Shown: positions 50,916 through 61,787, counted from the first letter of the stretch. The stretch: DNA of 64,000 nt from Flectonema sp. DT1601 (GCA_964019425.1 OZ025799.1:1054001-1118000); one strand, 5' to 3'. Translations and numbers: made by a program. Notes: generated by a model not told the origin, from the sequence alone.

Positions 50916-51249
50916 TTTTTTTTTTTTTTGTTACTGAAAATGCGAATGAGCTAACTAAAAAAGAGAACCAAAAAAAAAAGAAAAAAAAGAAAAAATAAAT
51001 AAATCGCTTCTTTTTTACTTTGATAGCACACCCATCTTCTCAGGTATTCCTCACAACGTGTTATTTAAGTTTTTTTTTTTTTCTTCCTTTTTTGAGAGCT
51101 TTGCCTGGTATTTTTAGTAAAAAGGTAAAAATTTTTTTTTTTTTTTTTTTTTCCCCCCAACTTCTTGAATTCCTTTGGGATGGTGAAGTGATAAAAAAAG
51201 TAGAAAGTAACTTAGCTTTACCACAAGTTCTTTCTTAAAGAAGTAGCTG

Positions 51250-51357
51250 GTACCTACAAACCCATGGGAAGACGGACCTAGGATTTTGTATCAGTTGCGC
51301 ACAAACAGAAGAAGTGAGTGAAAAAAAAAGTAAAAAAGTGAAATTTGCCGATTCTTT
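51250..51357. mobile_element. Family B copy with internal deletion
   Basis: GTACCTACAAACCCAT..TAGGATTTTGTATCAGTTGCGCACAAAC..TTTGCCGATTC. Confidence 0.7.
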
Positions 51358-51729
51358 GTTCTTCCGTTGATGTTTTTTTTATCGACTGGAGGGGAGAAAA
51401 TAACGATTTCATTTTTATTAGTTCAGTAGTGTGATAGGTTAGGCAAGGTGGAAAGCTGAAGATTGTCGTTCATTAATCCTTTTTATAAGTGTTGTGACCT
51501 CTCTTTCGTTTAAAGTTAATTCAACGTTACAGATTGGGTCCTCTGCCGTCAGTTACCTGGCATTCCCTAGAGCACTCATATACAGAAACGTTGGATTACT
51601 AACCAATTTTTTTTACATTTAAAAATTTTTTTTTTTTTTTTGATTGACTGATAATTATTAATACTAACTAAATAAATAACTTTCGGATCAACTTGAAACA
51701 TGACACTTGTTTTTTGTTGACGCAATTGT

Positions 51730-51767
<38 letters not shown>

Positions 51768-54160
51768 AACTTTTTTCTATCAATGTGAACTTCATATAGA
51801 GCGAATCGCGAAAGGAACGAGGGAAAAAAAAAACTCAAGCAACCAATGTCTTCGTTGCCTCTGAAGAAGGGAGCACGAAATTAGAACTTATTCAAAGGTA
51901 TTTTGTTGTTTTGTTGTTTTTTTTTTCCTTCTCATTTCAAATCTAAAAATTACAAAGCCCACTTAAAGCCCGCAGCAATGTTTTGGGCACACGGACTATT
52001 TTATTTTACATAATTTTTTTTTTTTTTTTTTTTTTTTTTTGATTTTCTATCCACATCCAATCTCTATCTCGACAACGCTAGCTCATATCGTACTGTGGAA
52101 GCAACCCGAAAGCAAAATTGTGATAGCATTTCCCGTTTTCAATTTCAGTCTTTGAGACTACTCTTTGGGTGGAGACCTCCAATTGCCGGCGTGCTAAGAT
52201 TATCGGTAGTTAACTTACCGATTGGTTTATTCTAATTTTTATTTATTTTTCTATTCCCGGTGCACGATGAATGGTCTTTTGTTATTTCAATGGCCAGAAA
52301 AAAAGCAAATAGGAGCCTGCTTGAAACGGCTGTCTCTGTGGGGTTAGCATTTCATTTTATTTTATACTTCTTTGATTGGATCTAGCTTCCCTTACAGATA
52401 AAAATATAAAAGAGAGTCTCATAGTTGTGGTACCGGATGACTAATGTGGTATCTCTGTGAGATTCTCCAGAAGTTTTCGACTTCCCTGACTTCTTAAATA
52501 GATGAACAGTAAAAAACTGTCTTTCTTGTTTCTGTTTCTAATGAATAAAAACCAAAGTCGTCTGATCCCCCGAATCGGGGGGCAGACTTTTCTTCAGGAA
52601 AAGATATGTTCTCTTTGCGAAGAGTTCTGTGTTCTGATTCTTCCTCTTTTTTTTTGGTTGTTTTTTTTTTGTTTTCTGTTTACAGTTGGTGGAGGCCAAT
52701 TATTCAGGACAAAAAAATATTTGTCATAACTACCAGAGTCTAGTCAAAAAAACGATCAGTGCAGATATGACATGAAATCTACGTGCTGGTTGAGTGCATC
52801 TGACGGGAGTTAATTTTGTTAAATTATCTATGGAGGGTGTCGGGTGTCGGCTTAACTTTCCGGGGGAGTTGACCCTTTTTTTAAATTTTTAAATTTTTTT
52901 TCTTCTTTTTTCGCACATTGGTTTGAACCTCGAGGTAAAAGTTTATTAATTTTATTGTGGATTGAACCAGCTAGCTACAAGATTTGGACCAATAATAATT
53001 GAGGGTGGGGTGCGGGGGGGGGAAAAAAAAAAAGAAGAAGAAGTGTGTTTCCCCTTCTCCACTCAGAAACTGCGTGTAGAGTTAAAAAAGTTTTGTCTAA
53101 GTTTTTTTTTTCCCTCCCGTCTCTGTTTTCTGAGAGATTTATATTCGTTCGTATGAACCTAATCAAACAGTCTTCCCCCCCGTCTGTTTTCTTTTTTCAC
53201 CCCACTTCATTCTGTCTGTCCTTTTTACTCACGGTTGCTGGTAACTCTTTACCATGTGAGCTTTTTTCCTTGACTTTTTGGCTTCCTAGGCTTTCGTAAA
53301 TAAAAAAATAATATAATCTGATTGTTACTGCTCAACAAACAGGGATTATTCTTTCGAAGAGAGAATCCATACGAATTATTATTTCTTTATTTTTTTTTTA
53401 AAATAAAAAATATTTCGTGCGACAACAGTCTTGGGGAGGGCATGCATGGGGATTCCCATAGTTTTTTTGTTCTTCCTTTTGTGATGGTGTCTGAATTTCT
53501 TAAAACATCATTTTTTCCGGCTGCAAGTTTTTTTTTTTAGTTTGTCGGCATACATGCGGGCTTTCTTTCAAACACATATAATTTCTGTATTTATTTTTTA
53601 CAACAATATTATCTCTTTTTTTTGTTTTATTTACGTGGACGTCTCATCAGTTTCAATCTTGCGATACTTCTTCGATTTTTATGTGAATCACGCCATGTGA
53701 GTTGCGAAGGTTTCGATTTAATTTCTTTTCCATCCCCTTTTTTACAGGACTGACTTCTACACCATAAACTGGTGCTCAACTATGTTCACGTGGCCTCCAG
53801 TGGTATTATTTATGTATTTGCAGTCATTTAGTACGCTAGGAGTAATTGAATATAAAAAAATGGAGATAAGGAGGAGGGGAGATTAAAATCGCTGAGTTGT
53901 TTTGTTTTTTCATTACAAATGAACAACCTGAAAGATTAAAGAAACTAGTTAGCATTAGAGAGAATGACGCTGACAGTCAAGATTGTCGGAGTAATTGTTG
54001 TTCCTTTTGAGCTTAAGAATGCAGTATCAAATTAACCCCATTTCACAGGACTGACTTCTACATTGTAAACTGATGATAGATTACTCGAAACCTTAAATAG
54101 TTTAGAATCACTACACTTCACTGTCGTTATCCTCCTACAGACTTCACATACTCTAAAAAA

Positions 54161-54445
54161 ATGAATAAATTAGCTGATGTGTTAGAGCAGCAGGGGATTA
54201 TGGTTAACGGTCAAAAGAATCATTTAAGACACATCGATGTTAAGCTTCGTACGATGGAAGGTGAGATCGCTCCGGAACTAAACGCCAGACACCACGCATT
54301 GATATTGCTGCATAATATCGTGGCAAAGAAGACTGGACATGTTCTGTACTCCCCTCCTCAGGTGAGCCAAGTAATCCAGCAACAGCCTTTAGAAGGTGGT
54401 CGATCACTTAACCCTGATGCCCTTCCTTGGGCTCCAAGTTGTTAA
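54161..54445 (+). CDS. Small 94-aa protein with C-terminal PAM2-like motif
   Basis: ATG after AAAAA, coding-like composition; SLNPDALPWAP resembles the PAM2 consensus LNxxAxxFxP. Confidence 0.55.
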   Translation: MNKLADVLEQQGIMVNGQKNHLRHIDVKLRTMEGEIAPELNARHHALILLHNIVAKKTGHVLYSPPQVSQVIQQQPLEGGRSLNPDALPWAPSC

Positions 54446-54916
54446 AAACTTATCAATCATTAAGAAACGCTATTGTTAATGATTTTAGGACATTACGAAT
54501 TGTGTGAGTGCAGCGTTGACTGAAGTAGGCTGTTTTTTGGAATTCAATTATTTATTTAATTAATACGAAGGTTGTTTACAACTATTCTCAAGAGAGCTGC
54601 TAAAAAAGGGAAAAAAAAAAAAAAAAAGCACACAATTCTCCCCCCGTCTTTGTGGTTACTAAAGTAAAGGTTAGAAAAGTTAGTGTGGAAAAAAAAAAAA
54701 AAAAAAATGCAAAACAAAATGCAAAAAAAAAAAAAAAAAAAAAAGTGATAGTTTTTTTTTGGATGTTTTTTTTTCTTTTCTTATGTTTCCTTTACCGTGC
54801 ACGATATAAGTCCGAATTTAAAAAAAAAAAAAAAAAACAGAGACTTGTTCTTGTTTTTTTCTTATTATAAATGAGATTTTTAAAAAAAATTAATTTTCAG
54901 AGAGAACAATCATAGA

Positions 54917-57900
54917 ATGACACGAGGGAGAGAAGCAGCGCTTCTCGCTACTACTTTTCATGGAAAGGGAGAAGGGTTGACTGATTTTAGGAAAGTACAA
55001 AATCTGTTTTTAGAGACCGGGCTTCAGATTGAAATGGAAGACGTTGAGAACTGGTGTTCACGAATAGGATATCATGAGGGTGAATTCATGCAATGGAATC
55101 AGTTATACGAACTTCTGTTATTGTTAAGAGAAGATTGTGAAAAACAAAAAACTGATCCAAACCAAAGTCTACTTGCGGCTTACAAAGTACTTTCAAAAAC
55201 AAACGAAAACTCATCTGAAGCTCTGACTAGAATTTGTAACGACTTTGCTATCGATGTTGATTTCGGTAGGTTGGGGGAAGGTGATAATGGAAAGGTTACT
55301 TTTAATGATTTTTCTAATTTCTTAACTACGCTACCTTCTGAAGACAAACGTCAAGATGGTGTTTGTCCGCAGACTTTCTTCCCTCCAACAACATCAAATA
55401 CGGCTATCGGTAATTCACAGCAATACCCAACATCGAATCACACTCACAGCACACGACTGAGTCGCACACCACATGCCCAACGCCGTACTAGTAAACTAAT
55501 TCTCAACAATAATTGGCCAGTTGTGGGTATCACTTCGGGAGGTGAATTCACTTCGTTTCCGATGGTTGCGACAGACGAGGAACCGCTCTCTCCGGCATCT
55601 CCATTTCTAGCTGCTGAGATATGCGACAGGGAAACCAAATCCAATACTGAAACTCCTCAGTCACTTAGCTTTCATGAGGCGGAGGAGGGAGTTCGTAAGA
55701 AAAAACCGAATAAATCTATTTTCCAACCTGACACGAACCCATCCATGGCATCAGTGATCCGGCAAAGGTCGGAATTAATAAAAACCTTTCAGAGTGGAGG
55801 ATGTTTGACTGAACCTCAAAAGGACTCTTCGTGGCATGTTAATTTTGATTTTATCGATGAGGGGTCATCGAACTCGTCTGTCAGCTACCCTGTCGCGGAT
55901 GATGAACACGTTTCTTTTTCTTGTTCCAGCAGCGCGGATTCCAGATATGCGAGGCCCTCGTTGGAACCATCAAAGTCTGTTTTCAGCCTACCCTCCGAAT
56001 CCGAATCCGATTCCTGTTTAGATTCTCTCCAAAATATTATGTGTCATAAAGTTAATCATGCTGTTCACAGTGTTCGGATGAAAAAAAGTCATTGTCAGGG
56101 AATTGATCATGATGAGAAAATGTCTCATCGGCCGAGATCTGCATCACAGACACGGATACGAAAACCACACCCACAAGAGAAGAGACGAATTTATAAGGCG
56201 ACGGAATCTCTCGTACGAAGTGAAGAAGTCTCATCTTTGAAGAAAAAATTGGTATCGAAGATGAGATATTTAATAACAAACAACGATCCGAGTGATAGTT
56301 GGTTACTAAATAGCGTCTCATGTCTGAAGCATCAGTTTAGCGCTGCTTATGGTCAGCCAGCTGCTTTTGAAACACTGAAGCTCTCAGGTAAACAACCAGT
56401 AGGTAAACATCCCAGTCAGCGTAGTAGACGAGGTTCGAGTTGTTTTAAAAATCGAAAATGGCCGAAGGATATCACTACCGCCACTGGATCAAGGAGGAGG
56501 AAGAATCGAAAAATAAAAACTTTCGATCCTCAATTGGAAGCTGAGATGCCACCGCCGCCGAACATCCCAACGACGACGACTGATACTAACCCACAGCAAC
56601 TAATTCAGAGACTTGATCCTTCTAAGTGTGGATTTATTGAAATCAGTCAACTTCTCGGTCATATCAGTCAGCATTGCATTTCCTCCTTCACAACATCGCA
56701 ATTGGCATTTTTACAGGAATTGAAAACACCTTCGATTTCTAAAAGTGATATTATAAAGGGAAACCCTGATCGACACACCACTGAAATGATATTTAGCATT
56801 CTGAGTGAGTTTGATGAAGTGAGATTTTCAGATTTGAATTTATTGTCGAAAAGTCAAAAATTTAATTCAAAAGTCAACAAATATATAAAACAGTGTTGTC
56901 AGTCTTTGCAGCACATTACGTTGAAGATGTTCTTAAGAAGTGGGGCACAGCGTCAGTTATTCGATGAAATCTCAAATGATGGAAACACCACAACAATCTC
57001 AATCCTCAAATCAATGTTATCAAACGCACGAAATCCTTTAGTCAACTCTTTAAGCGAATTGGAAATTAGTTATTTACATCTGATGTGTGATCCCGTAGTA
57101 GATTTTGATTCGCATCCTACTTTTAATGCTTTCGAAAACTTTCTAGACTGCTGCTTTGAACCAGAGAAAGAAGTTATCTCAGCAATTAAATTATCAAATC
57201 TAATAAAAATATTTTTTGAGTTGACAAAGAATCAATTAAAAAGACTAGGAGATGTGTGTACCGAACCCGACAAAGATGTTGAATGGAGTGAGTTCAGTTG
57301 TGGATGTGAAATAGATGACGGGCTTATATCCTTCTTTGAGTCTCTCCGAACACATTCAAAGAAAACAATTTCTTTAAATGAGTTGTCAATTAAACTTGAG
57401 AACCATCAAAACACCGCTCTCAACAAGAACCAATTAATTCATCTGAAATCACTATCAAAACGGACAGTTGTTTGGAGTGATATCGCATGTAGTCAATATG
57501 GAGATGATTTTTTTAAGAATTTTTTCAAATTATTTAGTGAAGGCCAAGATGAAAGCATTTCAGTAAACCGCTTACGTCGTCTGGTTGATAGTTTCAGTTC
57601 TCTGAGTGAAGAACAGTTGTCGTATTTAAAATCATTTACAGTCGTCTTTGAGGATGTCATTTCTTGGAACGCAATTTCGAAAAGTTTTCCAGATTCGGAT
57701 TTGAATTTTAAAACATTCTTCAATTGTCTTGATCCCAACAACAGAGGGTACATTCTGTCATCAGAACTAACAAACGTCATGTCGCAGACATTCTGTAACA
57801 ACCCTCTCCCTCTCTCTTATCAACCTCCTGTTGTTCTCAATGGACTTTTACAGCTCTGCATCGGAAAGTCTTCCAAACAAACTGTATCATGTGAATCCAT

Positions 57901-58639
57901 AAGAAGCTTGATACTAAACTCCTCATCATCGACGATAAAATCCACGAGATACGGAAGCGAACCTGATCCAGTTCCGTCAAATTTGCAAAACAATAAAACC
58001 AGAGGCAGGAGTCTGACTGTATCACCTGGTGTGGTACGAGGATTGTTTGAGGAGTTGGCTGTCGGAGGGATCGTCACAGTGGGTGCTGTGGCGAAAGCCT
58101 TAGACAAACAAACATCTGGTAGCAGCATCAGATCGTTAACTGGTGTAGAGCTGTCAAGACTACATATCCTTTGTAGTTCTATTCCACATTCTACTCCGTT
58201 AGAGGTTTTGGAATTTGAAGATATATTATCGAGTTCGACACGTAGACGACATCCGATTGTGACTTCAGTATTCACATCATTAGATGTTATTAAGGAAGGA
58301 AGAGTTGGTACTAAAACTATTTCTGATTACATCACTAGAGGAGCTCTTCATCGATTAACGGAACTTGAGAAAGTTAGATTGTGTCTTCATTGTTCATTAT
58401 ATCAGCAGAACTCATACACATCTGCGTCACAGTTTAGATCAATCTGTGATGGCACTCTTCGATATTGTAGAGACAGTGTTGACTGGGGATGTTTAAGTCA
58501 GTCGATGTCTTCTGTTCAGCCTCCGTCAACAACGTGGTCTGAAGCAGCGGAGGAAACTCAAGAACAAATAATCGAATCACTCAAATATTGTCCTTCTATT
58601 GGACCTGTTAGGAGAAGGAAACCATTGAGAAACTTTTAA
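54917..58639 (+). CDS. 1240-aa protein with multiple degenerate EF-hand-like repeats
   Basis: GDNGKVTFNDF, LDPSKCGFIEISQL, LDPNNRGYILSSEL, LDVIKEGRVG separated by helical segments; disordered Ser-rich linker. Confidence 0.82.
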   Translation: MTRGREAALLATTFHGKGEGLTDFRKVQNLFLETGLQIEMEDVENWCSRIGYHEGEFMQWNQLYELLLLLREDCEKQKTDPNQSLLAAYKVLSKTNENSSEALTRICNDFAIDVDFGRLGEGDNGKVTFNDFSNFLTTLPSEDKRQDGVCPQTFFPPTTSNTAIGNSQQYPTSNHTHSTRLSRTPHAQRRTSKLILNNNWPVVGITSGGEFTSFPMVATDEEPLSPASPFLAAEICDRETKSNTETPQSLSFHEAEEGVRKKKPNKSIFQPDTNPSMASVIRQRSELIKTFQSGGCLTEPQKDSSWHVNFDFIDEGSSNSSVSYPVADDEHVSFSCSSSADSRYARPSLEPSKSVFSLPSESESDSCLDSLQNIMCHKVNHAVHSVRMKKSHCQGIDHDEKMSHRPRSASQTRIRKPHPQEKRRIYKATESLVRSEEVSSLKKKLVSKMRYLITNNDPSDSWLLNSVSCLKHQFSAAYGQPAAFETLKLSGKQPVGKHPSQRSRRGSSCFKNRKWPKDITTATGSRRRKNRKIKTFDPQLEAEMPPPPNIPTTTTDTNPQQLIQRLDPSKCGFIEISQLLGHISQHCISSFTTSQLAFLQELKTPSISKSDIIKGNPDRHTTEMIFSILSEFDEVRFSDLNLLSKSQKFNSKVNKYIKQCCQSLQHITLKMFLRSGAQRQLFDEISNDGNTTTISILKSMLSNARNPLVNSLSELEISYLHLMCDPVVDFDSHPTFNAFENFLDCCFEPEKEVISAIKLSNLIKIFFELTKNQLKRLGDVCTEPDKDVEWSEFSCGCEIDDGLISFFESLRTHSKKTISLNELSIKLENHQNTALNKNQLIHLKSLSKRTVVWSDIACSQYGDDFFKNFFKLFSEGQDESISVNRLRRLVDSFSSLSEEQLSYLKSFTVVFEDVISWNAISKSFPDSDLNFKTFFNCLDPNNRGYILSSELTNVMSQTFCNNPLPLSYQPPVVLNGLLQLCIGKSSKQTVSCESIRSLILNSSSSTIKSTRYGSEPDPVPSNLQNNKTRGRSLTVSPGVVRGLFEELAVGGIVTVGAVAKALDKQTSGSSIRSLTGVELSRLHILCSSIPHSTPLEVLEFEDILSSSTRRRHPIVTSVFTSLDVIKEGRVGTKTISDYITRGALHRLTELEKVRLCLHCSLYQQNSYTSASQFRSICDGTLRYCRDSVDWGCLSQSMSSVQPPSTTWSEAAEETQEQIIESLKYCPSIGPVRRRKPLRNF

Positions 58640-58758
58640 TTTTGTTTTGTTTTGTTTTAGTTATTCACTTACACACTTTCATCTGAAAGTAAAGTTCAGT
58701 TAGCGTTGAGTCCATTTTCTTTAAATCCATTTTCTTCTGATTAGTACCTTTCAGCAAT

Positions 58759-59181
58759 ATGAAGAAAGTCGCATTAGTATTATTCACCCTCGCCGCTGCG
58801 GCCATGGGTCTGTCAAAGAAGGGAACCAACCAACACCTTTGGACTGACACAGAAATGACAACAACCCTCTGGAGAATGTGTTCAGAAGGTAAGGTTGATG
58901 AACTAAAGGCAATGATTGAAGACACTCCAGATGTTGTACACTCCAGAAGTAGTGATGGAAGAGGTCCTCTTTGGTGGGCATTCGAACACAAGCAAACTTC
59001 AATTATTGAACTGCTAATCAACTCCGGCATCAGCGGAGACGAAACCGATGCCGATGGTAAAAAGGCCTCAGAAATGTCCGGACCTGCTCTCACTGACTAC
59101 GTCAAACAACTCATTGAAGAGAGAAGAAATCAACTTGACGAAGCAGATGCTGACATCGAAGAAGACGACTACATGGATTAA
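58759..59181 (+). CDS. Small ankyrin-repeat protein with signal peptide
   Basis: MKKVALVLFTLAAAAMG; DGRGPLWWAFEHKQTSIIELLINSG...DADGKKA ankyrin pattern; acidic tail. Confidence 0.85.
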   Translation: MKKVALVLFTLAAAAMGLSKKGTNQHLWTDTEMTTTLWRMCSEGKVDELKAMIEDTPDVVHSRSSDGRGPLWWAFEHKQTSIIELLINSGISGDETDADGKKASEMSGPALTDYVKQLIEERRNQLDEADADIEEDDYMD

Positions 59182-59335
59182 GTCAGTTCTGTTGGAAAGT
59201 GTTTTTAGTTCCCCAATCTATGATTTCCCACAATGAACACCCTGTGAAAGTGAATTATTTTCCGAACAAAAACTAACCAGCATTCGTTCCTTTGTTTTTT
59301 TTTTCCCCCTTTTCTTTTTGTAACACAACTTTACG

Positions 59336-59366
<31 letters not shown>

Positions 59367-59998
59367 GACTTGGTGCTGATTTCCCTCCCAATTCTCTTTT
59401 TTTTTTTCACTTCCTTTAAAAAAAAAGGAAAGCAGTAGTGTTTCCCAAGTCACAGTACGTACTTCTAAGACTAGTGAAGTGAAGAGGAAAAAAAAAAAAA
59501 AAAAAAGTGAAATTAAAAGGAAATGGGAGGGGGAAAAGAATAAGAAATCCCCCGTAGTTTTGTGAGCTGCTGTTTTTATTTTATTTTTTATATTTCTTTT
59601 TAAATAATGAGAAGTTTTAAACAAAAAAAAAAAGAGAAAAAAAAAAAAAAAAAAAAAAAAAAAGGAGAGAAAGAGAGGAAACAGATCTCTCTCGTCAACG
59701 TAACGTCCGCGTCTAAAATTACTTTTTTCTTCTTTCATTAGGGGGACCCGTCACCCTTGATTTTTCTGACTATCATTTCTATTGGCAGAGTTGGTCAGGT
59801 AGGATGTCGGAATTTTTGTCGAGAATCGAGGTACCAGTTTTTACCAGTAACGGGCCCCCCTACTTTCGTGAAATCAAAAAAAAAAACAAAAGTAAAAGTA
59901 GTTTTTTTTTTTCTTCTTGTTTAAAAACAGATGTTGACAAAAAATTCTGGTAATCATTACATGTCGCCCTTCAGGTTGTCAAAAAAAAAAAAAAAAAG

Positions 59999-61027
59999 AT
60001 GTCCTCAAACACTAGACTAGAAATAATATCATCACATGTGTCTCAGAGAGGGAAGACTCTGATTCGTGAAAGTACTACTCCATTAGAACACAAAGGGTTT
60101 GGAAAAGTCATCTTGTTCGGTGAACACTTCGTAGTCTATGGAGTACCTGCAGTGGTGTGTGCTGTACATGAGTTCACTGACTGTCAAATAAAAAAGCTTC
60201 CTGAAGGACAAACTGGATGGAAGGTAACCGACAACAGACCTGCTGTGCCAGGATATATAACTAACAAAGCAGGTGAGCAAAAAATGGCTCACGATTTGGT
60301 TATTAATCACTTGGGAATTGATTTATCAAAACAAGGAATTGAAATAATACTTGGAGGACCACTCGTACCAACATCAGGAATTGGTGCTTCTGCTAGTAAC
60401 GTCACGGCATTAGCGAGAGCGTTGTCATCCTCATACGGTCTTGACCTTGACGACGATGCTATCAATAGAGCGGCGTATATCGGTGAGGGTGGTTATCATG
60501 GAACCCCTTCTGGGATTGATAACACAGCAGCAACATTCGGAGGGCTATTGACGTTTAAAAGGACTCCTGGTGGTCCTCAATTCTCAAAAGTATCCACCCC
60601 TGCTGTTGGATATCTGGTAGTCGTATCAACAGGAATCACTGCCTCTACTACCGAAGTAGTTGGTGAAATTAGAAAGCTTCGCGACTCTCACCCAAGCATG
60701 TTTGAAAGTATTCAGCAACAGTACATGTCAATCTTTGAAGAGTCTTCAAAAGCATTACGTGAAGGGGATTGGGTTACTGTTGGTAAGTTGATGAACAAAA
60801 ATCATTCTCTTCTCAGAGAACTCGGACTCTCAATACCAGAACTTGAAAATATAATCACCGCCGCCAACAACAGTGGCGCCATCGGATCTAAATTATCCGG
60901 TACTGGCAGAGGAGGAATAGCCATCTCACTCTGCGCTGATGAGTCTTCACAACAACAAGTTGCTAACAACCTTAAGAATGTACCATCTGCTAAGTACGTG
61001 TGGAAGTACACTATTGGAGGTAACTAA
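59999..61027 (+). CDS. MVK: Mevalonate kinase (trypanosomatid type, GHMP family)
   Basis: GKVILFGEHFVVYG, PTSGIGASAS, HGTPSGIDN, GSKLSGTGRGG; RPAVPGYI and GGPLVP as in Leishmania/Trypanosoma MK. Confidence 0.96.
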   Translation: MSSNTRLEIISSHVSQRGKTLIRESTTPLEHKGFGKVILFGEHFVVYGVPAVVCAVHEFTDCQIKKLPEGQTGWKVTDNRPAVPGYITNKAGEQKMAHDLVINHLGIDLSKQGIEIILGGPLVPTSGIGASASNVTALARALSSSYGLDLDDDAINRAAYIGEGGYHGTPSGIDNTAATFGGLLTFKRTPGGPQFSKVSTPAVGYLVVVSTGITASTTEVVGEIRKLRDSHPSMFESIQQQYMSIFEESSKALREGDWVTVGKLMNKNHSLLRELGLSIPELENIITAANNSGAIGSKLSGTGRGGIAISLCADESSQQQVANNLKNVPSAKYVWKYTIGGN

Positions 61028-61335
61028 ATTTTTCACGAACATATCCGTTTTTTAACTAGCTTGTGAGGGACAGTGGCTGTAAGCCTCGATCGATTTCCTG
61101 TCCCGTCTCCGCTGTATTCTGACCTGTTGGCTGCATGCCTCAATTTAGGAAGTAGTTTTTGTTACATTTATTTTAAATATTTTTATTAGTTGTCAGGTGG
61201 TATTCTAATTATGTAATCTCAGGTAGTAAATGAGTGAACAGAAGGGTGTACTCTGATGTGTTGTATCGGTTGCCGAATAATTATGTTTTTTTAAAATAAT
61301 TTTTTCAGTTATACTTCCGTCACAAACACTTCAAA

Positions 61336-61787
61336 ATGGTTGAAAAGGAACCTACCAGAGAGACCGCCTACGGAGCATTCTGCGCTTTCGATGACAGAAG
61401 TGAGGGAGTTCTGTCTGTTGGTGAGTTGAACGTATGTTTTTGTTCTTAATTTGAAGAAGCATTCTTGTCTGCTTGATAATTATAATATCAACACACACAC
61501 GCAGGGTATCTTCTGCTGTCTTGGGGAACCTCTCAAGAAGGAAGAGGTCGACGCGTTGATGTGCGAAATTGAATTCTTAGCTGACAATGGAAAGGTTAAA
61601 ATTGACGACCTCATTGACTTTTTGTACGACAAGGTATGCATTGCTTCTTCTTCTTGTTAATGAATTAGTTGTGAGAGGGACGACAACAACAATAACAACA
61701 ACACCATCACAGGAACCATTTCACATTAAGGCAAACAATGAATCTCTCGGTGTGGGACAGTTCGGAACACACGGAAAGCTCAAGTAG
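61336..61787 (+). CDS. Small calmodulin/myosin-light-chain-like EF-hand protein (exons 61336-61431, 61505-61633, 61713-61787; about 99 aa)
   Basis: Spliced product MVEKEPTRETAYGAFCAFDDRSEGVLSVGELN|GIFCCLGEPLKKEEVDALM...DNGKVKIDDLIDFLYDK|EPF; two phase-0 GT-AG introns. Confidence 0.85.

Noticed and set aside
48249..53540. Many short poly-Phe/poly-Lys ORFs here and in other intergenic gaps
   Set aside because: Translations of A/T homopolymer tracts with no protein-like content.
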